DNA of 11,016 nucleotides, taken from assembly GCA_018985225.1 (NCBI GenBank), contig JADGIF010000320.1, positions 1-11,016 of the forward strand, read 5' to 3'. Below are positions 1-8,563 of this stretch, piece by piece. The DNA comes from Amoeboradix gromovi X-113 (taxonomy: Eukaryota; Fungi; Sanchytriomycota). How positions within the stretch are numbered: position 1 is the stretch's first letter; each line of letters starts with the position of its first letter. The notes under the pieces were generated by a model, which saw nothing but the letters and a program-made list of their open reading frames with translations, did no database searches and was not told the origin of the DNA. The translations under genes were made by a program, and so were the position numbers.

Positions 1-334
1 GTGTCATTTGAAGATAGATAGAGATCATATGGCAGCAAGGAACATATACATCAAGTATCTGCATCCTTAATCAATCCCACCTCAGGGTAGTGCAAGCGGG
101 AGCAATCACTGTAACGGAGATCTAGCATTGCTAGTTTATCTGTGGGAATTCTCGATTTTCTCGGAAATCAGGTCTTTTAACGAGGAGTTCGTTGATCATA
201 ACCCAAATTTTTAATGAAAATGTTGCACAGATTCGCACAAATTTAGCAAAACCAATAGTTGTCATTATTTTAATGATATTAGGGATGAATTGGTTACATA
301 GCAGTGGTATTCTGCTTTGTGATAAGAAGCACAA
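1..334 (-). pseudogene. Degenerate SWIM zinc-finger coding remnant, probably a Mutator-like (MULE) transposase relic, truncated at the window edge
   Basis: Minus strand reads ORF 131-334 (...LLVKRPDFRENREFP), then after a frameshift LAMLDLRYSDCSRLHY, then VYVPCCHMISIYLQM. The pattern xDLxxxxCxC...PCxH is the SWIM signature. Frameshifts and stops are present. Confidence 0.5.
26..187. repeat. Dispersed direct repeat, copy A (partner at 9396-9555)
   Basis: Manual alignment of catatggcagcaagg...tttaacgaggag with 9396-9555 gives about 11 substitutions and 4 gapped nt over ~163 columns (~90% identity), same orientation. Confidence 0.95.
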
Positions 335-448
335 AACATGTACGTTGCTCTTAATTTTATGAAATTTATTGCTGCTGATAGCTTTGTGAAGTTTTGAGAT
401 TTGATATCTCAGTTGTTATTAGACGTACGGAACGTATGATGGTTGTGC

Positions 449-473
449 CTGATTGGCTAGGTCTGATATAAAA
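449..473 (+). promoter_or_regulatory. Candidate core promoter of the CTL gene: inverted CCAAT box plus TATA box
   Basis: CTGATTGGCTAG (449-460; reverse CTAGCCAATCAG fits the NF-Y/CBC consensus) and TATAAAA (467-473), ending 33 nt before the ATG at 506. Confidence 0.45.
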
Positions 474-505
474 ACATTCCAAAATACTTTCACCAAGCCA
501 CGCAG

Positions 506-2484
506 ATGTCTGAAGAAAAGAAAGCTCCAAAGAGAGAATACTCTACGGAAGCAGGCCCAGTAAAACAAAGAAAAGTTAAAGATGTTCCATTCATCATTTT
601 GTTTGTCTTAATGTGGGTCGGCATGTTTATCATCTCAGGACTAGCTATAAGTAAGGGAAATATCAAAAGATTGAAATACGGTCGCGACTATCTAGGAAAT
701 TTGTGTGGGGACAAGAACTCGTTTGCCCTACCAGATGGTAACAAAGTCGATTTTGATTTTACTACGAAAAAGTACTTGTATTTTGTAGATGTAGGGTTCG
801 TTAAAAATCCAAACTCTATTTGTGTAGATGCATGTCCAAGTTATAGCAACACCACTACTGTTTTAATTAAGGACATAATCGATGCCCAGTACAAGAAGGT
901 TCCGGCTGAGTTTCAAGTGAATTCTACAATTCCTCAACCTTATTATGATGTAAGATCTACTGCATATAGATGTGTACCGAGCAGCTCCTTTAAATATAAT
1001 TTTAATGTTACACAATATGGTAAGCCATTATTTGGTGGGTCTGGAAGCGCGGACCAGAACGAAGCACAAGATGCTGTTATGGCGGATCAAGGCGAGAAAA
1101 ACGGGTTATCTGCAATTTGGGAAACTCTGGAAAACTCAGTAGGATATATTGCAATAGCTCTTTTGATTGGAACGCTTTTATCAATATTATGGCTCGTTGT
1201 GATTCAGATATTTGGTAAGTTCATGATCTGGTTTACCCTAGTTTTTACGAATTTTGCATTTTTTGGCTTGGGTGCATTCTTCTTAGCGAATTACTCCGCT
1301 GCCTCAAAGGGCAAAGCAGCATCATACAGCAGTAAAGCATTCAGTTCCGCGGCGCAGAATGAGAATGTGATGTTAGGATGCGGCATCACTTGTTTAAGTA
1401 TAGGTGTACTATTACTAGCAGTTACAATATTTATGGGACGACGAATTCATCTGGCTGTTGATTTAATGTCAGAAGCATCAATTGCTATGAGAGCCATGCC
1501 TTCATTGATGTTGATGCCTGTTATAAAGTATGTGCTACTATTGGGAGTATTCGCATGGTCTTTATTTATTATGAGCTTACTGGCATCATCTGGTGACATG
1601 ATTGCCGCTTCTGTTACCAATGGCTCTGAAAAAATTGCTTCAAAATATGAACCTGACCAGGTATTGAACTATTTACAGATTTATTACTTATTTGGAACTT
1701 TTTGGACATTTAACTTTATAGTTGCTGTCGCAGAAACTATCACGGCAGGTGCAGTGGCACAATGGTATTGGACTTTAGACAGAAAAAATCTTCCAAAGAA
1801 AATCGTGTGGGATTCTGTTGTTCGAACACTAAAATATCACTTGGGGTCAGTTGCAATTGGGTCCCTATTAATAGCAATTTTGCAAACTCTCAGAGCGATG
1901 TTGTCATATGCGCAAATGCATTCTAAAAAAGCAAAAAGTATTTGGGTAAAAAGAGCTTTGAGCTGCTTATCATGCTGCCTGTTTTGTTTCGAGAAGGCAT
2001 TGAAGTTTCTGAACACAAATGCATATATTGAGGTAATTTCAGATTTATTTAGATCGCAATATATGGTTTTGGCTTCTGTGAAGCAGCCAAAGAGGCATTT
2101 CACTTGTTATGGAGAAATGCTGCTCGTGCATTGGTGGTAAATGGTGTCGGCGATTTTATCATTTTCCTCGGAAAAGCTGCCGTTACTGCATCCACAGTGT
2201 TTATAACATTCTTCCTACTAAATCGCTCGGATGACGTTTCGCAGGACAATGAAGAGTCTAAGGGATTGTTCATGATGCCTTTGTTGTTTGTTGCATTAGG
2301 AACATACTTCATAGCGTCATTATTTACCTCTGTGTTTAAATTATCAGTCCAAACAATATTTTTGTCACTTTTGGAAGATGGTGAGCGTAATGATGGCTCT
2401 GCAGCGAAGCCGTTTTATGCTCCTCAAGACTTGGTCGAATTTTTAAATCATAAACCTGCTGGTGGAATGACAGAAAAGAAATAA
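506..2484 (+). CDS. CTL1: Choline transporter-like protein (CTL/SLC44/Pns1 family), join(506..2032,2053..2484), 652 aa
   Basis: Family motifs GPVKQRxxxD, GRDYLGNLCG, ICVDACP, RCVP, AGAVAQWYW, YHLGSVAIGSLLIA and CCLFCFEKALKFLN, plus multiple TM helices. Removing 2033-2052 restores the conserved NAYIE|IAIYGFGFCEAAKEAFHLLWRN motif and fuses ORFs 506..2140 and 2104..2484. Confidence 0.93.
2033..2052 (+). other. 20-nt spliceosomal GT-AG intron (phase 0) in the CTL gene
   Basis: GAG|GTAATTTCAGATTTATTTAG|ATC. Excision restores both the frame and the family motif with no extra or missing residues. Confidence 0.9.
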
Positions 2485-3263
2485 ATAATTACTAATTATT
2501 TCTATTGGCACAACACACCATTTAATTAATTGTAATTTGCTCTGCACTAGAGTACTTTTTGTGGATACTGAGTCCTCATTCTTGTACCTTGATACTAGTT
2601 TCAAATCAGAATGAGTATCTGTCTGATGCATGCCTACAAACGGTATGCTACTCGCTTTTCCTATTAAAGCAGAGGTTTTCAGCAATACCACAAAGTAAGA
2701 AGCAAATCTTTCCATTTGCCTTTCGGGGATCAATTGCTTTTCACGTCAAATAGAGGTAGTTGCGATCTTTGAAGACACTTGTTTCTGGTAAAGCTACGAC
2801 TTCCGAAATATAATAGAACCACATGTAAAGATGACTGCCTTAGAAGTCGAAACATTCCTACTTTGCGTGAATTAAGGATGGACGCACATTCTATTAAATG
2901 ATTATCGACAAGATAAGAACTTCATGGTCCCTGCTACTCCGCTGACGCTTTTAAGAGGCCCAATCGGGAAGCACTTGAATCATAAAAATCCGCTACAAAC
3001 GCCAAATATGTACCTATTTGTTGTAGTAAATTGCTACCTTAACCTTATTATTTTTATTAGTGTTTCATATTGATTCTACAAAAAAAGGATCCAATGATTT
3101 CCTTGCCAGTAAAATGGTCTTGAGGAGCTTAAACAATGTATTTTTGGACACCTTTATTGGACGTTTACTATTTAATTCCATCTCTTTTTGCCATCCCCTT
3201 TTGCTCCCCTCTAGTCCTGTCTCGATAGAGCATCTTCTCCTGTTTAAAGATATAATTTTATAA

Positions 3264-4151
3264 ATGAGCCCCAATAATAATCAATTGAGGTACTCCAGCA
3301 CTGAGAAAAAAGAATTACAGCTTATGCTTAGCAAAAGGGCCGGTCCAGAATTTATCAGCAAGAGGGCTGGACAGGGATCAACCAAGCATAACTATATTCA
3401 AGGCTGGCATTATTTCGAACTCCTTAACGGTGTTTTTGGCTTTAATGGATGGAGCTCAAGTATTCTGGACCATGGAATTGATGACATTGAAGTTATTGGA
3501 ACTGATGAGAATCCAAAGTACAACGTTGCTACTTTTGCGACGGTTAGGTTAACGTTAAAAGATGGTACATGTAGAGAGGACCTCGGTGTTGGGGAAGCCT
3601 CTAATGCAAAGTCTAAAGCTGCTGGGCTCAAACAAGCTAGAAAAGAAGCTGTTACCGACGCAATAAAGAGATGTTTCCGACAGTTTGGATCAATAGCCAA
3701 CTATTTGGGTGATGACAATTTCAACAAGATACTACAGCAAGCCAAAAACATACCCCAAAATAAGATTGACTCAAATGACTTTGTACATATGGCTGATTTA
3801 AGGCAATTTAGATCCAATGTTAATAATAAAATAGATGCCGAATTACAAGCTGATGAAAGTAAGGAACCGAAGCTGCCTACTCACGTAGAAGTAAATCTTT
3901 CTAATCTCAAGTTGCCTATGGTGCAGCAGGACAATCAAATTCCAAGATCAAATACAGCTGCGAATGACATGGGTTCTGAATGGTCCATAGATATGGATAA
4001 TATTGACCCTGCCGATTTAGATCGTGCAAGAAGGATATCGAGAAACGATCAAGAGAATGATTCATTTTCTAAGACTCCAAAAAAATCGAATTTCACCAAA
4101 AACGTACTTGAAGTAATTTCGCCAGAGAACTCAAGGCGCAAGAAGAAATAA
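3264..4151 (+). CDS. RAD52: DNA repair and recombination protein Rad52 (Rad52/Rad22 family), 295 aa, no intron detected
   Basis: N-terminal annealing domain motifs GPEFISKRAG, YIQGW, VFGFNGWSS, VRLTLKDGTCREDLGVG and ARKEAVTDAIKR..RQFG, followed by a short low-complexity C-terminus ending in the basic NLS-like RRKKK. Confidence 0.95.
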   Translation: MSPNNNQLRYSSTEKKELQLMLSKRAGPEFISKRAGQGSTKHNYIQGWHYFELLNGVFGFNGWSSSILDHGIDDIEVIGTDENPKYNVATFATVRLTLKDGTCREDLGVGEASNAKSKAAGLKQARKEAVTDAIKRCFRQFGSIANYLGDDNFNKILQQAKNIPQNKIDSNDFVHMADLRQFRSNVNNKIDAELQADESKEPKLPTHVEVNLSNLKLPMVQQDNQIPRSNTAANDMGSEWSIDMDNIDPADLDRARRISRNDQENDSFSKTPKKSNFTKNVLEVISPENSRRKKK

Positions 4152-4168
4152 GCATTTCAATAATCTTA

Positions 4169-4180
4169 AATAAATTTATT
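4169..4180. terminator. Putative bidirectional polyadenylation signal between convergent RAD52 and GATA genes
   Basis: Perfect palindrome AATAAATTTATT gives AATAAA on + (4169-4174) and AATAAA on - (4175-4180), the latter overlapping the GATA stop codon. The two stop codons are only 24 nt apart. Confidence 0.55.
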
Positions 4181-4935
4181 CATCTAATTTTGGAGTTAAT
4201 TGCTGCACAAGTACGGATGCTTCATTTTTAGGTAAATCAACAGATTCTAATTTTGACAATGCGTCAGACAAAAATGCTTGGAAACTACTCACGGAGTTAA
4301 GCATATCTCTTAAAGATGTGGGGCTTAGCACCTGAGAACTAATAACTAAGCTATTACCAAATGTAGCTATATGCTGTCCTACAACTCTAGAATCGAAGGT
4401 TTCTAGTTTAGGGGTTGTTATTTTCGGAAGGTCAGGTAGTGCAGGTAATCTTTTTCTTCTTTTTATAGTCGGGCTCTTCATGTTAGATGGCCGATGATTG
4501 CTGTGCAATTTGAAATACAACCCACAAGCATTACAAAGAGGTGATCCATCTAGATAAATTAAAAATACCTGGAGAGCGTCTCCATAATGGAGTCGAGGAT
4601 GTACCACAGTTGGAGCAATGAATTCCGTTTGAATGATAATTGCCTTGGTTCAAAGTTGGACATCCACGACAAGCTTCATTTCCACCAGTCCCATTGCACC
4701 GAGTAGGTCCACTGCATTTTGGTTTTGGAAGTCTCAAATCCTCTATCGATGGCAAAGTGAATTGCTGTATGTCAATACTTCTTTTGGGTAACGATTTCTC
4801 AGCTATGTAATATAACCCGCATGAGTTACACACTACTTCTCCATTTGGTATATTTCTCCACATTCGCGTAATTGTTGTCTTACAGTGATGGCATATCTTT
4901 GGAGAGCTCTGAATTAGATTTTCTATTTGATTCAT
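4176..4935 (-). CDS. sreA: Iron-responsive GATA transcriptional repressor of the SreA/Fep1/Urbs1/Sfu1 type, complement(join(4176..4549,4569..4935)), 246 aa
   Basis: ZF1 CHHC-x17-CNSC; iron-sensing Cys cluster C-x5-C-x8-C-x2-C (CSGPTRCNGTGGNEACRGCP, compare Fep1 CNGTGG); ZF2 [32 protein letters not shown] has exactly x17 only after splicing; basic tail IKRRKR; C-terminal amphipathic helix. Confidence 0.93.
4550..4568 (-). other. 19-nt spliceosomal GT-AG intron (phase 1) inside the second GATA finger
   Basis: Minus strand CCAG|GTATTTTTAATTTATCTAG|ATGGA. Excision joins ORFs 4531..4935 and 4176..4607 and yields the canonical C-x2-C-x17-C-x2-C finger. Confidence 0.92.
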
Positions 4936-5644
4936 GGTGTTTCAGGGCTTTCACCCGAATTTAATACAAACCAAGCGCTAAAGACGTCTGCTTTTCCAAG
5001 GATCGAAATTTGATTATTGGCGGCTCTTCTCGCTTTATTGCGATTTACTATTGATACGTGATAGCGGGCATCCACTTAACTAACAAATTTTTACAGATAC
5101 ATTCCACATTTTCATCATGTATAAACGAAGAGAAATAGTCTTACAATCACTTCTTCTTATCAGCTTGGTCTTTCATCGTTTATAAGCAAAGATTCTCTGA
5201 CTCTAAGATGTCGTTCTTGTCTTAATAGCCTTTTAGAGTTGGAGAGGCTCAGTGGCTGCCGAAATCGTAATTGAAGAAGTAAAATAAAATCCGTGTGCGC
5301 ATTCATGTTTTCTTTTTCTTCAAAGTTTCATCTCTGGTACAAGGCTGGTGGCCTCTTTCTTTCAATTAACGGTTGATTCAAGACAATCAGAATAATTATT
5401 GCAATCGTTATGCAGGTTTCCACAAATTTATTGCAACCATGAACGACAACTCTCTAGTTAGCAAACTTTGAGCGAATTACATAGTTCATTGGCATCTTGC
5501 TTTGTAGTGACACCACTAGCAAATTTTCAAGACCAACCTTTAAAGTGCTATCTTTAGATGTTATATTTGAGTCGTTTGGCTAACATTAATACAACAAGAT
5601 ATATTTATAGAAGCAATTAGTTAGGTTATAAGTGTGTTTATTGA

Positions 5645-7669
5645 TCAGGTGGAATCACCGCCAATCCTTTTTCTTAAGTTACTGCTTGTTATTTCTAGCA
5701 CATCGTCATCCGCAATTGACTTGGCTATCGATTGGATAACGGACTGCCCCGGCAATAAATCACTAGATGATGTCGCCTTATCAAAGTCCTTTTTATCTAC
5801 CAGTTCCCATGCATTCTCGCTTGGTGACAACTTTTTAATCAAGTTTTCACCACTTGGCCATCCACTCAAGAAATTCAAATGCAGTCCAAGTTGGCTTGCA
5901 GCTACTTCATCTTCAAGATGCTTGTCAGTAAGAAAGTATATTTTGAAGTCTGGGAATAAGCTTGGTCCCAGCTCATTTATAACATAATTGACCTGGTCGT
6001 ACAGGTCTTTACGCATCTCTCTAAGTTTCTTTGTGGGCTGGTAATAGAACACTTTTGGAAATATCACATACCACAACGGTTTCAATGATTTGTAGATGTC
6101 CAGTCCAGTCTCGCCTAATCTTAGGGCACAATATGTGCCAAATGGTAGAGCAACTGTGAAGTATATTGTATATTTAATAGATAGAAGTAAAGCTATGCCT
6201 TTCCTCAGCTGAAGTATGAAAAATGCTAATGAATAAATCGAATAAAAAATGGCTAGTAGAACCAAACCAAACAATATCTTCCAGGTGCTCTGTACATCTC
6301 TGCCCCATAGTTTAACAGTGCTGTTGTTTTTGGCTTCATCCGCCTTCCTTTGACTCAATATTGATGCTATAACGGCTATTGGAAGATTTAATAATATAAA
6401 TGGAACTGCAAATACTGTATAGGTAAGTAGCAAACATAATCTAAAGCTCATTAGGTAGATTGCTCGGTTTCTGCTGATGGCTGTCTTCTCTACTTGATGG
6501 TCTCTCAATCCATAATAAGATAATGATTCGTTGTATGAGAGAACCTTTGCAGTCAAAGTTTTAATGCGTTCATCATTCATATGCTGAATATATCCCTTCA
6601 TCAATCTTCTGGTCAGTTCCAGCTTCTGCACCATGGTCAGCTTTTGGTTTAACGGTGTGTACATTCTGCGGACCGCTTGTAGAACTTCAAGAGTTTGGTA
6701 GTCTGGTGCAGTTACTGTAACATTTCTAACACCTGTAACTATCATTTCCAGTAGCTTACCACATGCTTCTCTTTTCATGGATCCTCCGGTCTTATACATT
6801 TCAATAAGTTCCACCGGAACTTCAAAAGGAACCCCAAATTCAACAACTGCACGAGACCTGAACCTGTCTGCGTGAAAATAACTAAGACCGCAAGGGACAA
6901 TTTTTAAACCACAACTAGGATATTCGCTAAGAGTTGTTAATGCCATAATGGCTATACCTGCCTTCATTGGCAGCAGCTCGCTCTGGTCATGGGATCCGCC
7001 TTCAGGAAATATGCCCAAACAATTGCCACTTGCAAGGTGTTTAGAGACACTTGAATACATGTCATCATAGTCAGTAGGCTCTTGATATTTAAAAGACAAC
7101 GGTTTGTCGAAAATCGCCAGCCAATCTTTGACTTTGCAATCCACAAGTACAGTACCATCATCAATTATCTCTACGATAGTGAAAGAATTTTTGCCAATGA
7201 GAATTACACCCTTCAATTTATAATTGGTAAACTTAGTGTCATATCCAAAGAGCTTTATACGCAACTCAGTTTCTAATGATTCTAATACTTGAGGAAACTC
7301 AGAATCAGAATCCAGGATGTTGAATGATTTAGAACGAATCATGACTTGACCAGTACCAGGTTTGGTAATATCTTGAGGCCTTTCTACTCCAATGCTGTTC
7401 ATCCAGTTAGCGTACATTCCTACTAGTTTACGCCGTAATGATGCCTTGGCAATTAAGAAAGATACCGGACGAGTAGCAGTTTTAAGAACTACAAATGGGT
7501 CTACAAATTGGTTGTGGTGAGGCGCGATACTGAATATTACAGGACCCTTTGAAGGAATATAATGTGATCCACGAGATTTTACTTCTCTAAAAAATATGGA
7601 GACCACCATAATAAAGAACCTAGAGATAATTTGGTACATCATGCCGAAATTCTTGTTCGTAGTAGGCAT
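5645..7669 (-). CDS. SCT1: Glycerol-3-phosphate/dihydroxyacetone-phosphate O-acyltransferase, fungal Sct1/Gpt2 type, 674 aa
   Basis: Acyltransferase motif APHHNQFVDP (HxxxxD), SIGVERPQD, IFPEGGSHD, MKAGIAIMAL, IVPCGLSYFHADRFRSRAVVEFG, GRDVQSTWKIL, C-terminal TM helices and DIYKSLKPL. Confidence 0.95.
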   Translation of the reverse strand: MPTTNKNFGMMYQIISRFFIMVVSIFFREVKSRGSHYIPSKGPVIFSIAPHHNQFVDPFVVLKTATRPVSFLIAKASLRRKLVGMYANWMNSIGVERPQDITKPGTGQVMIRSKSFNILDSDSEFPQVLESLETELRIKLFGYDTKFTNYKLKGVILIGKNSFTIVEIIDDGTVLVDCKVKDWLAIFDKPLSFKYQEPTDYDDMYSSVSKHLASGNCLGIFPEGGSHDQSELLPMKAGIAIMALTTLSEYPSCGLKIVPCGLSYFHADRFRSRAVVEFGVPFEVPVELIEMYKTGGSMKREACGKLLEMIVTGVRNVTVTAPDYQTLEVLQAVRRMYTPLNQKLTMVQKLELTRRLMKGYIQHMNDERIKTLTAKVLSYNESLSYYGLRDHQVEKTAISRNRAIYLMSFRLCLLLTYTVFAVPFILLNLPIAVIASILSQRKADEAKNNSTVKLWGRDVQSTWKILFGLVLLAIFYSIYSLAFFILQLRKGIALLLSIKYTIYFTVALPFGTYCALRLGETGLDIYKSLKPLWYVIFPKVFYYQPTKKLREMRKDLYDQVNYVINELGPSLFPDFKIYFLTDKHLEDEVAASQLGLHLNFLSGWPSGENLIKKLSPSENAWELVDKKDFDKATSSSDLLPGQSVIQSIAKSIADDDVLEITSSNLRKRIGGDST

Positions 7670-7786
7670 GAATCAGAGGAGTTTTAAAAAATAAGAAGTA
7701 ATAGCGACAGTACCAGTGGAAATCAGCTAAGAGCTGAGGAAAATACCGAAAATTGATAAGCGGCTCAAGAATTTTTGTTCAAGTGT

Positions 7787-8563
7787 TTATTCATCTTCGC
7801 TACTCGACAGTATTAGAGCTGGCTTGCTTGGTTTACTAGAGCTTTCAAGTTTGGTTTCCAATCCAGAAATCGAATTAAAGGTGATATTGGATGTAGCCAT
7901 TGTCTCCTCATATTTCTTCAGGTTTACTTCGTACTTTGCCATTTTCTTTTTAAGTTCTATAGCGTTCTCCTCGTCATATTTTTGCAATAAAGCTAAAGTT
8001 TTTTTTAATTCGAAAGCCGGGATGTCATCTCTTTTTACGTCTTCCATTAATCCCTTTGCCTTTTGAGATAGTATAGTCACCATATTAAAGGGTTCAGATT
8101 GATCCAAGGCCTCACCAATCAACTCGTCAGGCTTCACAGTCTTTCCTGCGATCAATCCGTTATCCTTAACATAAGCCCAAACTCTTTTCATTACGATAGA
8201 ATATGGTAGATATGCATACCCCGTAACCCTGCTCAATTTCGGGTCCAGCTTATTGATTTTACTTGAAGAAAATATTTTAATTGTAGGTTTCTTAGGCCTT
8301 TTCTTATCAGCAGGGCGTGCTTCTGCAGCTGACTTGCTGGTTTCGGAGATCTTTCGTTTCTCTGGAGTAAATTTGACTTTCTCATTTTGACAATCTTTTG
8401 CTCTTTGAAGTACAATTTTAATAAATTCCTTTTTATTAAAGTTTTTCCCCAGCGCGGATTCTACATGAATTCGGATATCTTTAGGAGATACCTGATACAG
8501 GTCCTTTCCTTTAACAAATGAGTCAATTATGTTTATTGCCCTGTCATCGAGTGCGTCGTGCAT
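7787..8563 (-). CDS. DEK-C plus SWIB/MDM2 domain protein (Uaf30/Tri1/Spp27-like), 258 aa
   Basis: First in-frame ATG is at 8563 (the ORF track starts at an upstream TTG). N-terminal IIDSFVKGKDLYQVSPKDIRIHVESALG resembles DEK-C, and LDPKLSRVTG..LPYSIVMKRVWAYVKDNGL...VKPDELIGEAL resembles SWIB. Lys-rich linker and acidic SSSEDE tail. Confidence 0.75.
   Translation of the reverse strand: MHDALDDRAINIIDSFVKGKDLYQVSPKDIRIHVESALGKNFNKKEFIKIVLQRAKDCQNEKVKFTPEKRKISETSKSAAEARPADKKRPKKPTIKIFSSSKINKLDPKLSRVTGYAYLPYSIVMKRVWAYVKDNGLIAGKTVKPDELIGEALDQSEPFNMVTILSQKAKGLMEDVKRDDIPAFELKKTLALLQKYDEENAIELKKKMAKYEVNLKKYEETMATSNITFNSISGLETKLESSSKPSKPALILSSSEDE

Noticed and set aside
26-187. Repeat as a ribozyme, snRNA or Helitron end (hairpins CTAGC-ATT-GCTAG and GATTTT-CTCG-GAAATC)
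   Set aside because: No hammerhead core or snRNA motifs were found, and the SWIM translation explains the sequence better.
2030-2140. Frameshift, pseudogene or two-gene reading of the CTL locus (and likewise of the GATA locus at 4531-4607)
   Set aside because: Both breaks are exactly repaired by GT-AG introns. A simple indel would leave 6-7 extra residues inside conserved motifs.
2485-3263. Short ORFs 2443..2733, 2559..2753, 3060..3263 and 3065..3274, and a hidden tiny-intron gene in this interval
   Set aside because: No recognisable domains and mostly non-ATG starts. Candidate GT-AG segments did not join frames into a credible protein, although a diverged relic cannot be excluded.
3330-3372. 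SKRAG occurring twice in the Rad52 N-terminus as an internal duplication
   Set aside because: It aligns without gaps to the normal Rad52 xKxLGPEYISxRxG motif, so the resemblance is coincidental.
506-7669. Functional lipid-metabolism cluster (choline transporter plus GPAT)
   Set aside because: The genes are separated by unrelated RAD52 and GATA genes with mixed orientation, and nothing indicates co-regulation.
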